Source of the DNA: Candidatus Poribacteria bacterium
Lineage (GTDB): Bacteria > Poribacteria > WGA-4E > WGA-3G
Assembly (NCBI GenBank): GCA_965198235.1
Contig: OZ240248.1
Location: 608,001-672,000 of the forward strand
DNA length: 64,000 nt
Reading direction: 5' to 3'
The stretch's first letter is position 1, and each line of letters starts with the position of its first letter. Shown here piece by piece: positions 1 to 8,323 of this stretch. Both the position numbers and the translations under genes were made by a program. Under the pieces are notes generated by a model that worked only from the letters and a program-made list of their open reading frames with translations, was not told the DNA's origin and did not search any database.

Positions 1-2888
1 GGGGCATCTTTCGGTACCGACGGAGCGGTTACTGGCGGCGCGGTGTTCATAACAAATTGCAGGCATATCTGCTCTGGACGCTCAGCGTCCTGATCGCACT
101 CAGCTGCTTCATCCCCTTGGCACATCTCTATACAGAACATCTCTGGTTTGAAAACGTCGGATACGTCGATGTATTCTGGGGACTTCAGAAGGTCCGATGG
201 GGCATCTTTGGTGTCTGTTTCATCGCCGCCGCTGGATTTATGAACGCCAACGCGGCGATTGCACATATATTGTGTCCGGAATCCCGCGAGTTTCGAAGGT
301 GGACACATACACAGACTTTCTCTTTCCATCGGATGGTAATCTGTATCACGCTGATTGCGGCACTTTTGCTTGCAATACCGATGCTTCTGTTGGACGATGT
401 AGTGCTTCGGTACCTGAATCAGCCCGACGCAGCAGTGGCGAGGTTGGGAAACCTCGCCAGCGAAGAAGGAGGAGCGGCGGAGGGATCTCTCCATTTCGGG
501 ATGGACCGGAATTTCTATCTCTTCAGTTTCCCGCTGCACCGATGGGTGAGCCTCTGGGTAGAGATAACGCTGTGGGTAACGTGTGTTGTCGTCGGGTTGC
601 TGTATCATTTCTACTACCGTCGGGACGCACACACGATGGCACGTGTGAAGCGACATATCATCTTTCACGGATCGGTTTTATGGCTGCTGCTGTTGATCGT
701 CGCGGGATGGCGGAGTTATGTGAACCTCTGGGACAAGGTTTATACGAAACCACTGACGAATGGGCTGCGGACCCTCCACGGCTTGTTTTATGTGGACTTT
801 CACCTTGCGGGTGCTACGAAGATTTACTGTGGCGTGCTGATAGGCATCGCCATTGTTATCGGGATTAACATCTTCTGGCGGAAACGGCTGTTGTGGTATG
901 TAACCGTGGCTGTGTGGGGATTGAGTTACGGGCTGTTGATTCACGTATATCCGTTAGGTCTCCACGTGGCGCGCATGCGTGTAGAACCGTTTCTCAAGGA
1001 GGGACGGTACTTGCAGAGGCATATCGAAGAGACGCGCCGTGCCTTTGATCTCGATGAGATTGTGAGGGTCAACCGCGAGCCTGGGATTGCAACCCTGGAA
1101 ATGATAACCGAGAACGCCGAGGTCAAGAAGAATATCCAGATTTGGGATCGACGCGTGCTGTATGAGGCACTCCGAGAGACACAGATTAAACCGCATTACA
1201 ACTTCCACCCCTATACCGATGTCGACAGATACACAGTAGATGGTGAATATCGGCAGGTCTTGATAGCCGCACGCGAGATTGATCCCGGGGACGAGATTAC
1301 AGGGTGGGACCGTCTGAAAACGGATCTACGCTCATTTACGCACGGCTATGGCGTGTGCGTCGCACCGGTGAACGAGTTCGTCGGCGAAGGTTTACCGAAA
1401 CTTTGGGTCAAGGATACGCCGATAGATAGCGAATATGAAGAACTGACGGTAGAATATCCACAGATTTACTACGGTGAGATGATTCGCAATTACATGATTG
1501 TGAACACCGATCGCGATGCAAATCGTGCTGGACGCAGGACGGATACCGAAAGTGCTGACGGTGTTGCGGAAACTCCAGAAATACCTGAATGGATGCAGCA
1601 TACTTATGACGGGGACGGCGGTGTGCCTTTAGGGGGTTGGTTCCGGCGACTCTGTTTCGCACTCCGATTCGATTTCCTCCCTATCCTCATCTCAGAGAAG
1701 TTGACACCGGAGAGCCGAATCATGTTCCGCCGAAGGATCGGCACCCGACGCAACGACCGCCTCGTCAAAGATCGTGTTTCATATATAGCCCCCTTCCTGA
1801 ATTACGATCCTGACCCGTATATTGTGATTAACGACGAACAGTTATATTGGATCATCGACTTCTATGTGACGAGTCGGTATTATCCGAACGCGCAGATGTA
1901 TGTGGACGATAAGACGCAACTCACAAACAGTGAGCTCTATGAGGAACCGGATTTTGATACGTTCAACTACATCCGGAATGCCGGGGTCGCTGTTGTCAAC
2001 GCTTACACCGGGGCAGTGGATTTCTATGCCATCAAGAAAGATGAAGAAGACGAAACCGTGATGCAGACCTACCAGAAAGCGTTTCCAAATCTCTTCAAAC
2101 CACTATCGGAGATGCCAGAGCGGTTGGCGGCGCACTTGCGGTATCCCGACTACCTGACACGGATTCAAGCGAGACTCTACGGCGATTATTACCGGCAAGC
2201 GAGCGGCTTTTATGATAATACGAACCCGTGGTCAATACCGAAAGAGGCGTATTACTCCTCAGAGGCGGATCAGGAGATGATGCCCTACTACGCCATGCTG
2301 AAGTTGCCGGGTGAGGAGAAGGTCGAGTTTGTGAATATGATTCCATTCGCGCCGCGGGATCGAGAGAAGCAGTTGAAGGCGTGGATGGTGGCGCGCTGCG
2401 ATCAACCACACTACGGTGAGCGCACCGTTTATGTGCTACCTGAGAATGCGGGAGTCGCCGGACCGACACAGGTCGAAGACGATATTAATAAGAAGACGGG
2501 CGATCAACAGCGCGGTTGGCAAGCCGCGAACGATGTGATCCGGGGCAATCTACTGATTATTCCGATTGAGGACGCACTGTTCTATCTTGAGGCGATTTAT
2601 CTGCAAGCGAAAAAGCCAGAAGGTGAAGATGGAAATGATGACAAGCCGCGGCGTCCGAAGTTAGAAATGGTGGTCTTGAAAGCGGGATCGAATGAACTTG
2701 CGGCGGTGGAGGCACAGACGTTTGATGAGGCGTTGAATATGCTCTTGTTGGGGATCCCGACGAATGGCGAAACGCCGACGAATGGTGAGAAGCCGTCAAC
2801 GTTGGCGGAGTTAGTTCAACAATATCGTGAGCGAGAAGCCGATAGCGACCGGCTCCTTGAACAGATTCTTGAGAAGATGGTGGAATAG
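1..2888 (+). CDS. UPF0182 family membrane protein, probably 5'-truncated by the window edge
   Basis: Multi-TM N-terminus; motifs DVDRY, THGYG, PQIYYGE, DPDPYIV and FNYIRN...VVNAYTG are typical of UPF0182/COG1615. The frame is open from position 3, upstream of the TTG at 57. Confidence 0.85.
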   Translation, partial: GIFRYRRSGYWRRGVHNKLQAYLLWTLSVLIALSCFIPLAHLYTEHLWFENVGYVDVFWGLQKVRWGIFGVCFIAAAGFMNANAAIAHILCPESREFRRWTHTQTFSFHRMVICITLIAALLLAIPMLLLDDVVLRYLNQPDAAVARLGNLASEEGGAAEGSLHFGMDRNFYLFSFPLHRWVSLWVEITLWVTCVVVGLLYHFYYRRDAHTMARVKRHIIFHGSVLWLLLLIVAGWRSYVNLWDKVYTKPLTNGLRTLHGLFYVDFHLAGATKIYCGVLIGIAIVIGINIFWRKRLLWYVTVAVWGLSYGLLIHVYPLGLHVARMRVEPFLKEGRYLQRHIEETRRAFDLDEIVRVNREPGIATLEMITENAEVKKNIQIWDRRVLYEALRETQIKPHYNFHPYTDVDRYTVDGEYRQVLIAAREIDPGDEITGWDRLKTDLRSFTHGYGVCVAPVNEFVGEGLPKLWVKDTPIDSEYEELTVEYPQIYYGEMIRNYMIVNTDRDANRAGRRTDTESADGVAETPEIPEWMQHTYDGDGGVPLGGWFRRLCFALRFDFLPILISEKLTPESRIMFRRRIGTRRNDRLVKDRVSYIAPFLNYDPDPYIVINDEQLYWIIDFYVTSRYYPNAQMYVDDKTQLTNSELYEEPDFDTFNYIRNAGVAVVNAYTGAVDFYAIKKDEEDETVMQTYQKAFPNLFKPLSEMPERLAAHLRYPDYLTRIQARLYGDYYRQASGFYDNTNPWSIPKEAYYSSEADQEMMPYYAMLKLPGEEKVEFVNMIPFAPRDREKQLKAWMVARCDQPHYGERTVYVLPENAGVAGPTQVEDDINKKTGDQQRGWQAANDVIRGNLLIIPIEDALFYLEAIYLQAKKPEGEDGNDDKPRRPKLEMVVLKAGSNELAAVEAQTFDEALNMLLLGIPTNGETPTNGEKPSTLAELVQQYREREADSDRLLEQILEKMVE

Positions 2889-2895
2889 CTGATTG

Positions 2896-3636
2896 CTAAT
2901 GGCGAATCGCATCTTCACGCAGTGCCTCATAACACTCCAAACACACCGCTAACACCTTCTCCAATTCCGCGGGAAACGGCTCCGATTTCGGACGATACGG
3001 CGCAAACCCTGTGCTTCGATGCACGTTCTGATACCAATACCGTGCCCACACCCCGTCCGCAGGATTCCCGCCTGCCTCCCAAGACAGCATCGAACGTTTA
3101 AATTGCAACCCGAGCCGTTCACACAACTGCGACAAAACACTGGATGGATTTTCCAATAACAGTCGCGCGTCAAGAATTGGAGGGGATTGCCCCGCGGCGC
3201 GTAGATCGTTTAAGAGATCGTATTGTGTTTTGAGCCCTGTGTCGGCGAGTGTCGGTGTCCCGATGACTTTTGCGAGAGACGGGAGCATCTCTCGTGGGTC
3301 GCGGATAAGGAGGACGTTGCAGGTATGTTGGAGGAAGCTTAGGTCAATGTTGATGAGGTGGTGCGCCATCTGTTTCATGAAAAGCACGGGCTTCTCACAG
3401 GGACCGAGGATCACCTGTTCGATGACTTGTACGCCGTCCGTTGACATCGATGCTATTACCTCTGCTGTACCGGGATGTGTACTCTTGAGAACCTGTGTCC
3501 CGTATTTTGTGTAGAGGTAGTGTGCGTAGAGGGGTTCGTCGATGACCTCAGTATCCCTGCGTTGCGCGAAGGCGTACATCAGTGCGGTTGAGACGTTCCG
3601 CGGTCCCGACCAGAGACAGATACGTTTTGTGCTCAA
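2896..3636 (-). CDS. Sulfotransferase-like protein (P-loop, resembles the N-terminal domain of BCAT-like proteins)
   Basis: WSGPRNVSTALMYAF, DEPLYAHYL, KQMAHHL, LIRDP, WA.YWY..V..STGF. Confidence 0.75.
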   Translation of the reverse strand: MSTKRICLWSGPRNVSTALMYAFAQRRDTEVIDEPLYAHYLYTKYGTQVLKSTHPGTAEVIASMSTDGVQVIEQVILGPCEKPVLFMKQMAHHLINIDLSFLQHTCNVLLIRDPREMLPSLAKVIGTPTLADTGLKTQYDLLNDLRAAGQSPPILDARLLLENPSSVLSQLCERLGLQFKRSMLSWEAGGNPADGVWARYWYQNVHRSTGFAPYRPKSEPFPAELEKVLAVCLECYEALREDAIRH

Positions 3637-3650
3637 GTTGCGTGTCCTTA

Positions 3651-4490
3651 TTACCGCCGCTGGCGGTGTCTGCCCCGTCTATTCCGTTGACGCGACTTCG
3701 CACCCTCGCCTTCTCCTGCTTCGCTGGCGAGGTTACTCACTTCGCCTTCCGCTATGCGGGGACGGGTACGCATCCAGAGAATGAGCACAATGCCGATAAT
3801 GAATGCCGCGATACTGAAAAGTTGCGCCGCTGACATCCATCCAAGTACGCGTGGTGTAATCCGCCAAAACTCGGCAATAAACCGCTCTACCCCCAACAAC
3901 ACAAGACTCGCGCCGAACAGAGCACCAGGGGTCCACTCAAACCTACGCCGTTGAGACCAAAGAACACCGAAAAATGTCCATGACAGGAGCGTCTCGTAGA
4001 TAGGGGTCGGATGGACAGGAACATCGGTTGGAACGGTTCCGTTAGGGAATGCCATCGCCCACGGTAGATCCGATGGGGGTCCATAGTCGCCATCGCCAGC
4101 GAGGAAACACCCGATTCGACCGATGCCGTATCCGAGTAAGAGCGTCGGACCGATGATGTCGATTGTAGGTAGGAACGGGTTCGGGGAGCGGAGGACCACG
4201 ATAATAACGGCGAGACACCCGCCGATGAGACCACCATACCAAACTAACCCACTCGTTGAGAAGAGTTCTCGGAAGGTAATTTGACCGTCGAGTAACGCGG
4301 AATAGATTTTCGCACCGACAATGCCACCGATCGCTGCAGCCATGACGATAGTCGAGGCGAGTTCCGGGACAAACCCTCGTCGCTTCAATTCGGATTGTAT
4401 AACAAAGACGACTGTAATAAACGCAGTGGCTAACATCAACCCGTAAGAATGGATGCCGACGGGCCCGAAATCAACAATCGTTGGATACAT
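3651..4490 (-). CDS. lgt: Prolipoprotein diacylglyceryl transferase
   Basis: HSYG, GLVWYGGLIGG, GRIGCFLAG, HPTPIYE, RF..EFWR. Confidence 0.92.
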   Translation of the reverse strand: MYPTIVDFGPVGIHSYGLMLATAFITVVFVIQSELKRRGFVPELASTIVMAAAIGGIVGAKIYSALLDGQITFRELFSTSGLVWYGGLIGGCLAVIIVVLRSPNPFLPTIDIIGPTLLLGYGIGRIGCFLAGDGDYGPPSDLPWAMAFPNGTVPTDVPVHPTPIYETLLSWTFFGVLWSQRRRFEWTPGALFGASLVLLGVERFIAEFWRITPRVLGWMSAAQLFSIAAFIIGIVLILWMRTRPRIAEGEVSNLASEAGEGEGAKSRQRNRRGRHRQRR

Positions 4491-4496
4491 TAATAT

Positions 4497-5201
4497 TTAT
4501 TCTCCGAGGTAAGCCTGTCGCACGCGTTCGTCGGCTAACAGGTCGGCAGAGGTGCCTTCAATTGTAATTTCACCGGTCTCCATGACATAGCCTCTATTGG
4601 TCACTTGCAGTGCGATTTGCGCGTTCTGTTCGACGAGGAGGACGGTTGTGCCGTCGGTGTTAATTTGCTGGATGATCTCGAAAATCTGCTTGACGATAAG
4701 GGGTGCGAGTCCTAAGGAGGGTTCGTCCAACAAGAGAAGTTTCGGCTTGGACATGAGGGCACGTCCGATTGCGAGCATCTGCTGTTCGCCGCCGCTGAGA
4801 CTGCCGCCGCGCTGTTTCTGCCGGTCCTGTAGGACGGGGAAAAACTGGAAGATTCTGTCTAAATCGTCTTTGATGCCGCTTTTGTCGGTCCTTGAATAGG
4901 CACCGAGTTCGAGGTTTTCAAGGACGCTCATATCCGGGAAGATAAGCCGTCCCTCCGGAACCTGTGAGATACCGAGGGTGACGCGTTCTTCTGCCGATGT
5001 TGTTGTGATGTCGTTGCCATCAAAGTGTATACTGCCCTCGATGGGGATGTGTATACCGGATGCCGTCATGAGCGTTGTTGATTTTCCGGCACCGTTCGCA
5101 CCGATCAAACAGACCATCTCGTCGCTGTTGACAGTGATGGAGATGCCTCGAACGGCGCGTATGTTTCCGTAATAGGTATGAATGTTCCTAAGTTCAAGCA
5201 T
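4497..5201 (-). CDS. livF: Branched-chain amino acid ABC transporter ATPase, LivF-like
   Basis: GANGAGKST, VPEGRLIF, LSGGEQQMLAIGRALM, LLDEPSLGLAP. Start placed at ATG 5201 (MLELRN), overlapping the livG stop. Confidence 0.9.
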   Translation of the reverse strand: MLELRNIHTYYGNIRAVRGISITVNSDEMVCLIGANGAGKSTTLMTASGIHIPIEGSIHFDGNDITTTSAEERVTLGISQVPEGRLIFPDMSVLENLELGAYSRTDKSGIKDDLDRIFQFFPVLQDRQKQRGGSLSGGEQQMLAIGRALMSKPKLLLLDEPSLGLAPLIVKQIFEIIQQINTDGTTVLLVEQNAQIALQVTNRGYVMETGEITIEGTSADLLADERVRQAYLGE

Positions 5202-5976
5202 CGTCAGAAGCCCCCAAATATGCCTCAATGACGCGTTCGTCGTTCTGCACGTCCGCGGGTATCCCTTCGCTGATTTTTTCACCGTGGTCTAACACCGTAA
5301 CCCAATCGGAGATTTGCATCACCAGTTTTACGTCGTGTTCGATGAGGAGCACAGTGACACTTTGCTCTCGTATCGCGTAGATGAGATCGATAAGCTCCTG
5401 TGTCTCTTGAGGATTCATCCCGGCGGCGGGTTCATCGAGGAGAAGGAGTCTCGGTTCGGTTGCCAAGGCTCTGGCGATTTCGACGCGTCGTTGGTCACCG
5501 TAGGAGAGGTTTCCTGCTGTCTGGTCGCTGATGTCGTCTAACCCGACAAATTCGAGCATATCGTGTGCACGTGTGGCGATCGCCTCTTCCTCGCTCTTCT
5601 GCGTATTCGTGCGGAAGACTGCGCCAACAAACGTGCTGGTAGTGCGGGGATGTCTCCCGATTTTGACGTTATCAAGGACCGTGAGTTCGGCAAAGAGTCG
5701 TATGTTCTGAAATGTTCTGCTGATGCCGAGTTTCGTGACTTCGTCTGGACGGAGTCCTGTAATGGATTCTCCTAAGAAATCAACGGTGCCGAATGTCGGT
5801 TTATCCAAACCGGTAGCGCAGTTGAAAAGCGTCGTTTTTCCGGCACCGTTCGGTCCAATTAAGCTGAAGATTTGTCCGGGGTGTACAGCCATTGTCACTT
5901 CGGACAACGCGATGACACCACCATAATGCCGGCTGAGTCCGTTTGTTGAGAGCAGGCGTATGGGGGTATTTTCCAT
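5194..5976 (-). CDS. livG: Branched-chain amino acid ABC transporter ATPase, LivG-like
   Basis: GPNGAGKTT, RTFQNIRLF, LSYGDQRRVEIARALA, LDEPAAGMN, VIEAYLG. Confidence 0.9.
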   Translation of the reverse strand: MENTPIRLLSTNGLSRHYGGVIALSEVTMAVHPGQIFSLIGPNGAGKTTLFNCATGLDKPTFGTVDFLGESITGLRPDEVTKLGISRTFQNIRLFAELTVLDNVKIGRHPRTTSTFVGAVFRTNTQKSEEEAIATRAHDMLEFVGLDDISDQTAGNLSYGDQRRVEIARALATEPRLLLLDEPAAGMNPQETQELIDLIYAIREQSVTVLLIEHDVKLVMQISDWVTVLDHGEKISEGIPADVQNDERVIEAYLGASDDA

Positions 5977-6062
5977 TTCTCTCTCCTCGTTCGATTGTCT
6001 ATCTTAAAGTATACCTTTAACTAAGGAGAGGTGTCAATTTGTTTTTTGGGATGGTGAACTTG

Positions 6063-6214
6063 TTGTAGGAGCGAGTTGTGCTCGCGATTCCCAATGTCTT
6101 TTTCTTGTAGGAGCGAGTTGTGCTCGCGATTCCCAATGTCTTTTTCTTGTAGGAGCGAGTTGTGCTCGCGATTCCCAATGTCTTTTTCTTGTAGGAGCGA
6201 GTTGTGCTCGCGAT
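6063..6214 (+). repeat. Tandem array of GTAG-type REP elements: three exact 42-bp units plus a 26-bp partial
   Basis: The unit TTGTAGGAGCGAGTTGTGCTCGCGATTCCCAATGTCTTTTTC starts at 6063, 6105, 6147 and 6189 (partial). It has a GTAG foot and a GCGAG-ttgtg-CTCGC hairpin. Confidence 0.9.
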
Positions 6215-6251
6215 ACGTATTAGGATTTGTGGGTTGATCTGCGCTCGCGAT

Positions 6252-6383
6252 TTACTCCATCTCAAATTTACATCGCCAATACGGATAATCCTTGGCGGCC
6301 TTTGCCAATCCCCGTCTCACAGGATTTTCATAGCAGTAGCGGATAATTGCTTTCAATGATTCATCCTGCCGAATACCGTGTTC
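6252..6383 (-). pseudogene. C-terminal fragment of a REP-associated tyrosine transposase (RAYT)
   Basis: Manual translation gives EHGIRQDESLKAIIRYCYENPVRRGLAKAAKDYPYWRCKFEME*, which carries the RAYT Y..NP..GL...YP.W motif with the catalytic Tyr region. Confidence 0.85.
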
Positions 6384-6423
6384 GTGATAGACCCAAGTCT
6401 AAAGACTTGGGCTTCTGCAAATG

Positions 6424-7635
6424 TTAAGCAGAAGCATTTGTGGAATTCAGAATCGGATGGTTCGATTCAACGGAGGTGCCTACAATCTTGTTAAACAAAA
6501 CGATAGGTCTTACAACTCCTAACCCAAAGGAAGCTACCCCTTCCTTAAGTATATTGATAGCAGCGTTCTCGTCGCGGTCGAGGTGTGTCTCACACTTTGG
6601 ACACGTCCAGTGTCTATCTGCAAGCGTTAGGTTTTTATTATGATAGCCACAAACACAACAGGTTTTTGTGGTGGGAGACCACCGATTGATTTTCAGCACA
6701 GACCGTATCCGCTTTTTGCTTTGGTGTTTGAGTTTCTGCAGAAACTCACCAAAGGCGAGGTCGGAGACTTGTTTTCCCCACAAGCGTTTCATACCCAAAA
6801 GGTTGAGGTCTTCAAAGAACAATATATCAAAAGAACGGCACAGGTCTATCGCCAGTTTCCAATGATGGTCTGCTCTCTGGTTCGCCGTTTTCTTATGGAT
6901 ACGTGCCACATGCTTACGGGAGCGTTCTTGATTATGAGAACCTTTGACCTTACGAGAATACGCCTTTTGTGCAGTTGCCAACGTTTCAGCGTTGTGTTTG
7001 TAGAACATCGGAGAGGTATATCTATGACCCTCACTGCCAGTCAAGAAGTCTTTGATACCAAAATCAAACCCTTCAGCTTGACCCGTCTTGGGTTCAATTT
7101 TAATTTCGGTATAGTCTTCTGTCAGCGTAATATACATATCTCCGAGTGCGTCCCTCGTTACGTGAACTTCAACGATGATGCCCTTGATTTCACGGTGCAA
7201 CGCAAAACGATACCAACGCCCATTCAATCGGATTTTATACGTCGGGTGGTTTCTTTCCTTCTTTTGCGCGTCCAGCACTTTTTCTATTTTCACCTGTTCA
7301 CCAGAGAACGTCATCCCTTTGTGTTTCTTGCACTTCTTGAACTTCGGGTGACCTCTGCCAAGTGTTTTCATCTCTTTGAAACTCTGTGCCAAGCGTTTGA
7401 GCATATTCTGAAGACTCCACGCGTAAGGGATATTCCAATACGCATATTTCTCCAAACGCTTGAGTTTCGTCAAATGCTTCGACATTTTAGCATACGAAAG
7501 TTCTTTACCATACCGACGGTAATATCGCAGAGAGAGCGCAAGGAAGTGGTTTCGCGCAATACCTATGATATTCAGGTCATCGTGCAGACCCTTCAACGAT
7601 TTCTCATGAAAAAGTTTATGTGTTGTGTTTCGCAT
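6424..7635 (-). CDS. tnpB: RNA-guided endonuclease TnpB (element A)
   Basis: RuvC-I GFDFG, RuvC-II FEDL, zinc finger CCVC/CPKC and RuvC-III DRDENAAINI; the D-E-D triad is intact. Confidence 0.93.
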   Translation of the reverse strand: MRNTTHKLFHEKSLKGLHDDLNIIGIARNHFLALSLRYYRRYGKELSYAKMSKHLTKLKRLEKYAYWNIPYAWSLQNMLKRLAQSFKEMKTLGRGHPKFKKCKKHKGMTFSGEQVKIEKVLDAQKKERNHPTYKIRLNGRWYRFALHREIKGIIVEVHVTRDALGDMYITLTEDYTEIKIEPKTGQAEGFDFGIKDFLTGSEGHRYTSPMFYKHNAETLATAQKAYSRKVKGSHNQERSRKHVARIHKKTANQRADHHWKLAIDLCRSFDILFFEDLNLLGMKRLWGKQVSDLAFGEFLQKLKHQSKKRIRSVLKINRWSPTTKTCCVCGYHNKNLTLADRHWTCPKCETHLDRDENAAINILKEGVASFGLGVVRPIVLFNKIVGTSVESNHPILNSTNASA

Positions 7636-7638
7636 GGT

Positions 7639-7727
7639 ATATCAAGTCTCAAGTCTTTATCCCCTATTCAGTGGGAGGCAAGCACGTCACCAAGCGGTAA
7701 CGCTGAATATGCTTGCCAACTTGATAC
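7639..7727 (-). ncRNA. Candidate structured 5'-leader RNA of tnpB (copy A)
   Basis: Three-way junction with a bulge-loop pseudoknot; compensatory changes relative to the copy at 36461-36543. Confidence 0.65.
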
Positions 7728-7731
7728 TCTA

Positions 7732-7760
7732 ATTATACCACATTTTTAGGTAAAAGTCAA
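7732..7760 (-). promoter_or_regulatory. sigma70-type promoter of tnpB A
   Basis: TTGACT-N17-TATAAT with an extended -10 TG on the minus strand. Confidence 0.75.
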
Positions 7761-7853
7761 GTCTTTTTTCAACAGAGACCCACGGTCTAATTCACAACGG
7801 CGAGACTGTATCCCAAACCTAAAAGGATTGGGTTTTAGTCCTCGGAAGGTTAG

Positions 7854-8113
7854 ATAAGCCTCGGCAAAGTTTGCTCGCTCCCAAGTTGAATGACCGCGTG
7901 AATATGATCTGGCATCACGACAACACAAAACCATTCGAGTCGCTCGTTGGCTTCTAGCCAATCAAAAGATTTAAAAATGATGTTTGCGGCTTCGGGATTT
8001 GCGAGAAGTGGTCTTTTGTCGAGGGTGCAAACTGTGAGGGAATAGTAGAAACCGGGTATTGAATGTCTGCCTTTCCGTAGTTGACGGTATCCTCGGGGTG
8101 GTGTTTGCGGCAT
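7854..8113 (-). pseudogene. N-terminal fragment of RAYT (Y1 HUH transposase), interrupted by element A
   Basis: LRKGRHS.PG..Y..T.CT and VVMPDHIH (HUH motif); the frame stops on entering the IS left end. Confidence 0.87.
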
Positions 8114-8145
8114 GTTTTTTGTTTAATCGGTTATTAACGTGAAGG

Positions 8146-8222
8146 ATCGCGAGCACAACTCGCTCCTACAGAAGAAATCGCAAGCGAGACACAGGGAATC
8201 GCGAGCACAACTCGCCCCTATA
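8146..8222 (-). repeat. Two REP copies upstream of RAYT, inverted relative to the 6063 array
   Basis: ATCGCGAGCACAACTCGCTCCTACA at 8146-8170 and a variant at 8198-8222 are reverse complements of the array core. Confidence 0.88.
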
Positions 8223-8241
8223 GCAGAAACGCAACACAGAT

Positions 8242-8271
8242 TTGACATCTGTTTGGATATTATGCTATACT
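8242..8271 (+). promoter_or_regulatory. Putative sigma70 promoter of dprA
   Basis: TTGACA-N18-TATACT with TG extended -10. Confidence 0.55.
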
Positions 8272-8323
8272 TCACTTATATATTAAGGTACAAAAGAAAT
8301 ACTCTCTGGAAATGTAAATAGAT

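Larger units (their letters stand above)
6384..7853 (-). mobile_element. IS200/IS605-family tnpB-only (IS1341-type) element A
   Basis: Left end follows TTAT and has AAAA plus hairpin CCCAATCC-TTTA-GGTTTGGG. Right end has GAAG plus hairpin CCCAAGTC-TTTA-GACTTGGG, ending in TCAC. It carries tnpB and no tnpA. Confidence 0.85.

Noticed and set aside
6063-6214. CRISPR array
   Set aside because: The spacers are identical and only 16 bp, there are no cas genes, and the GTAG hairpin next to a RAYT identifies these as REPs.
6017-6265. 82-aa ORF with repeated IASTTRSYKKKTLG
   Set aside because: It is simply a translation of the 42-bp REP array.
6424-7635. Cas12 effector or nuclease-dead TnpB (TldR) for either tnpB gene
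   Set aside because: There is no CRISPR array, both genes are bounded by IS ends, and the RuvC D-E-D residues are intact.
7639-7727. HDV-like, hammerhead or twister ribozyme identity for the tnpB leader
   Set aside because: The helix order and conserved core nucleotides do not match by eye, so it is left as an unassigned structure.
6640-7749. 369-aa plus-strand ORF
   Set aside because: It is an antisense shadow of tnpB A with no recognisable motifs.
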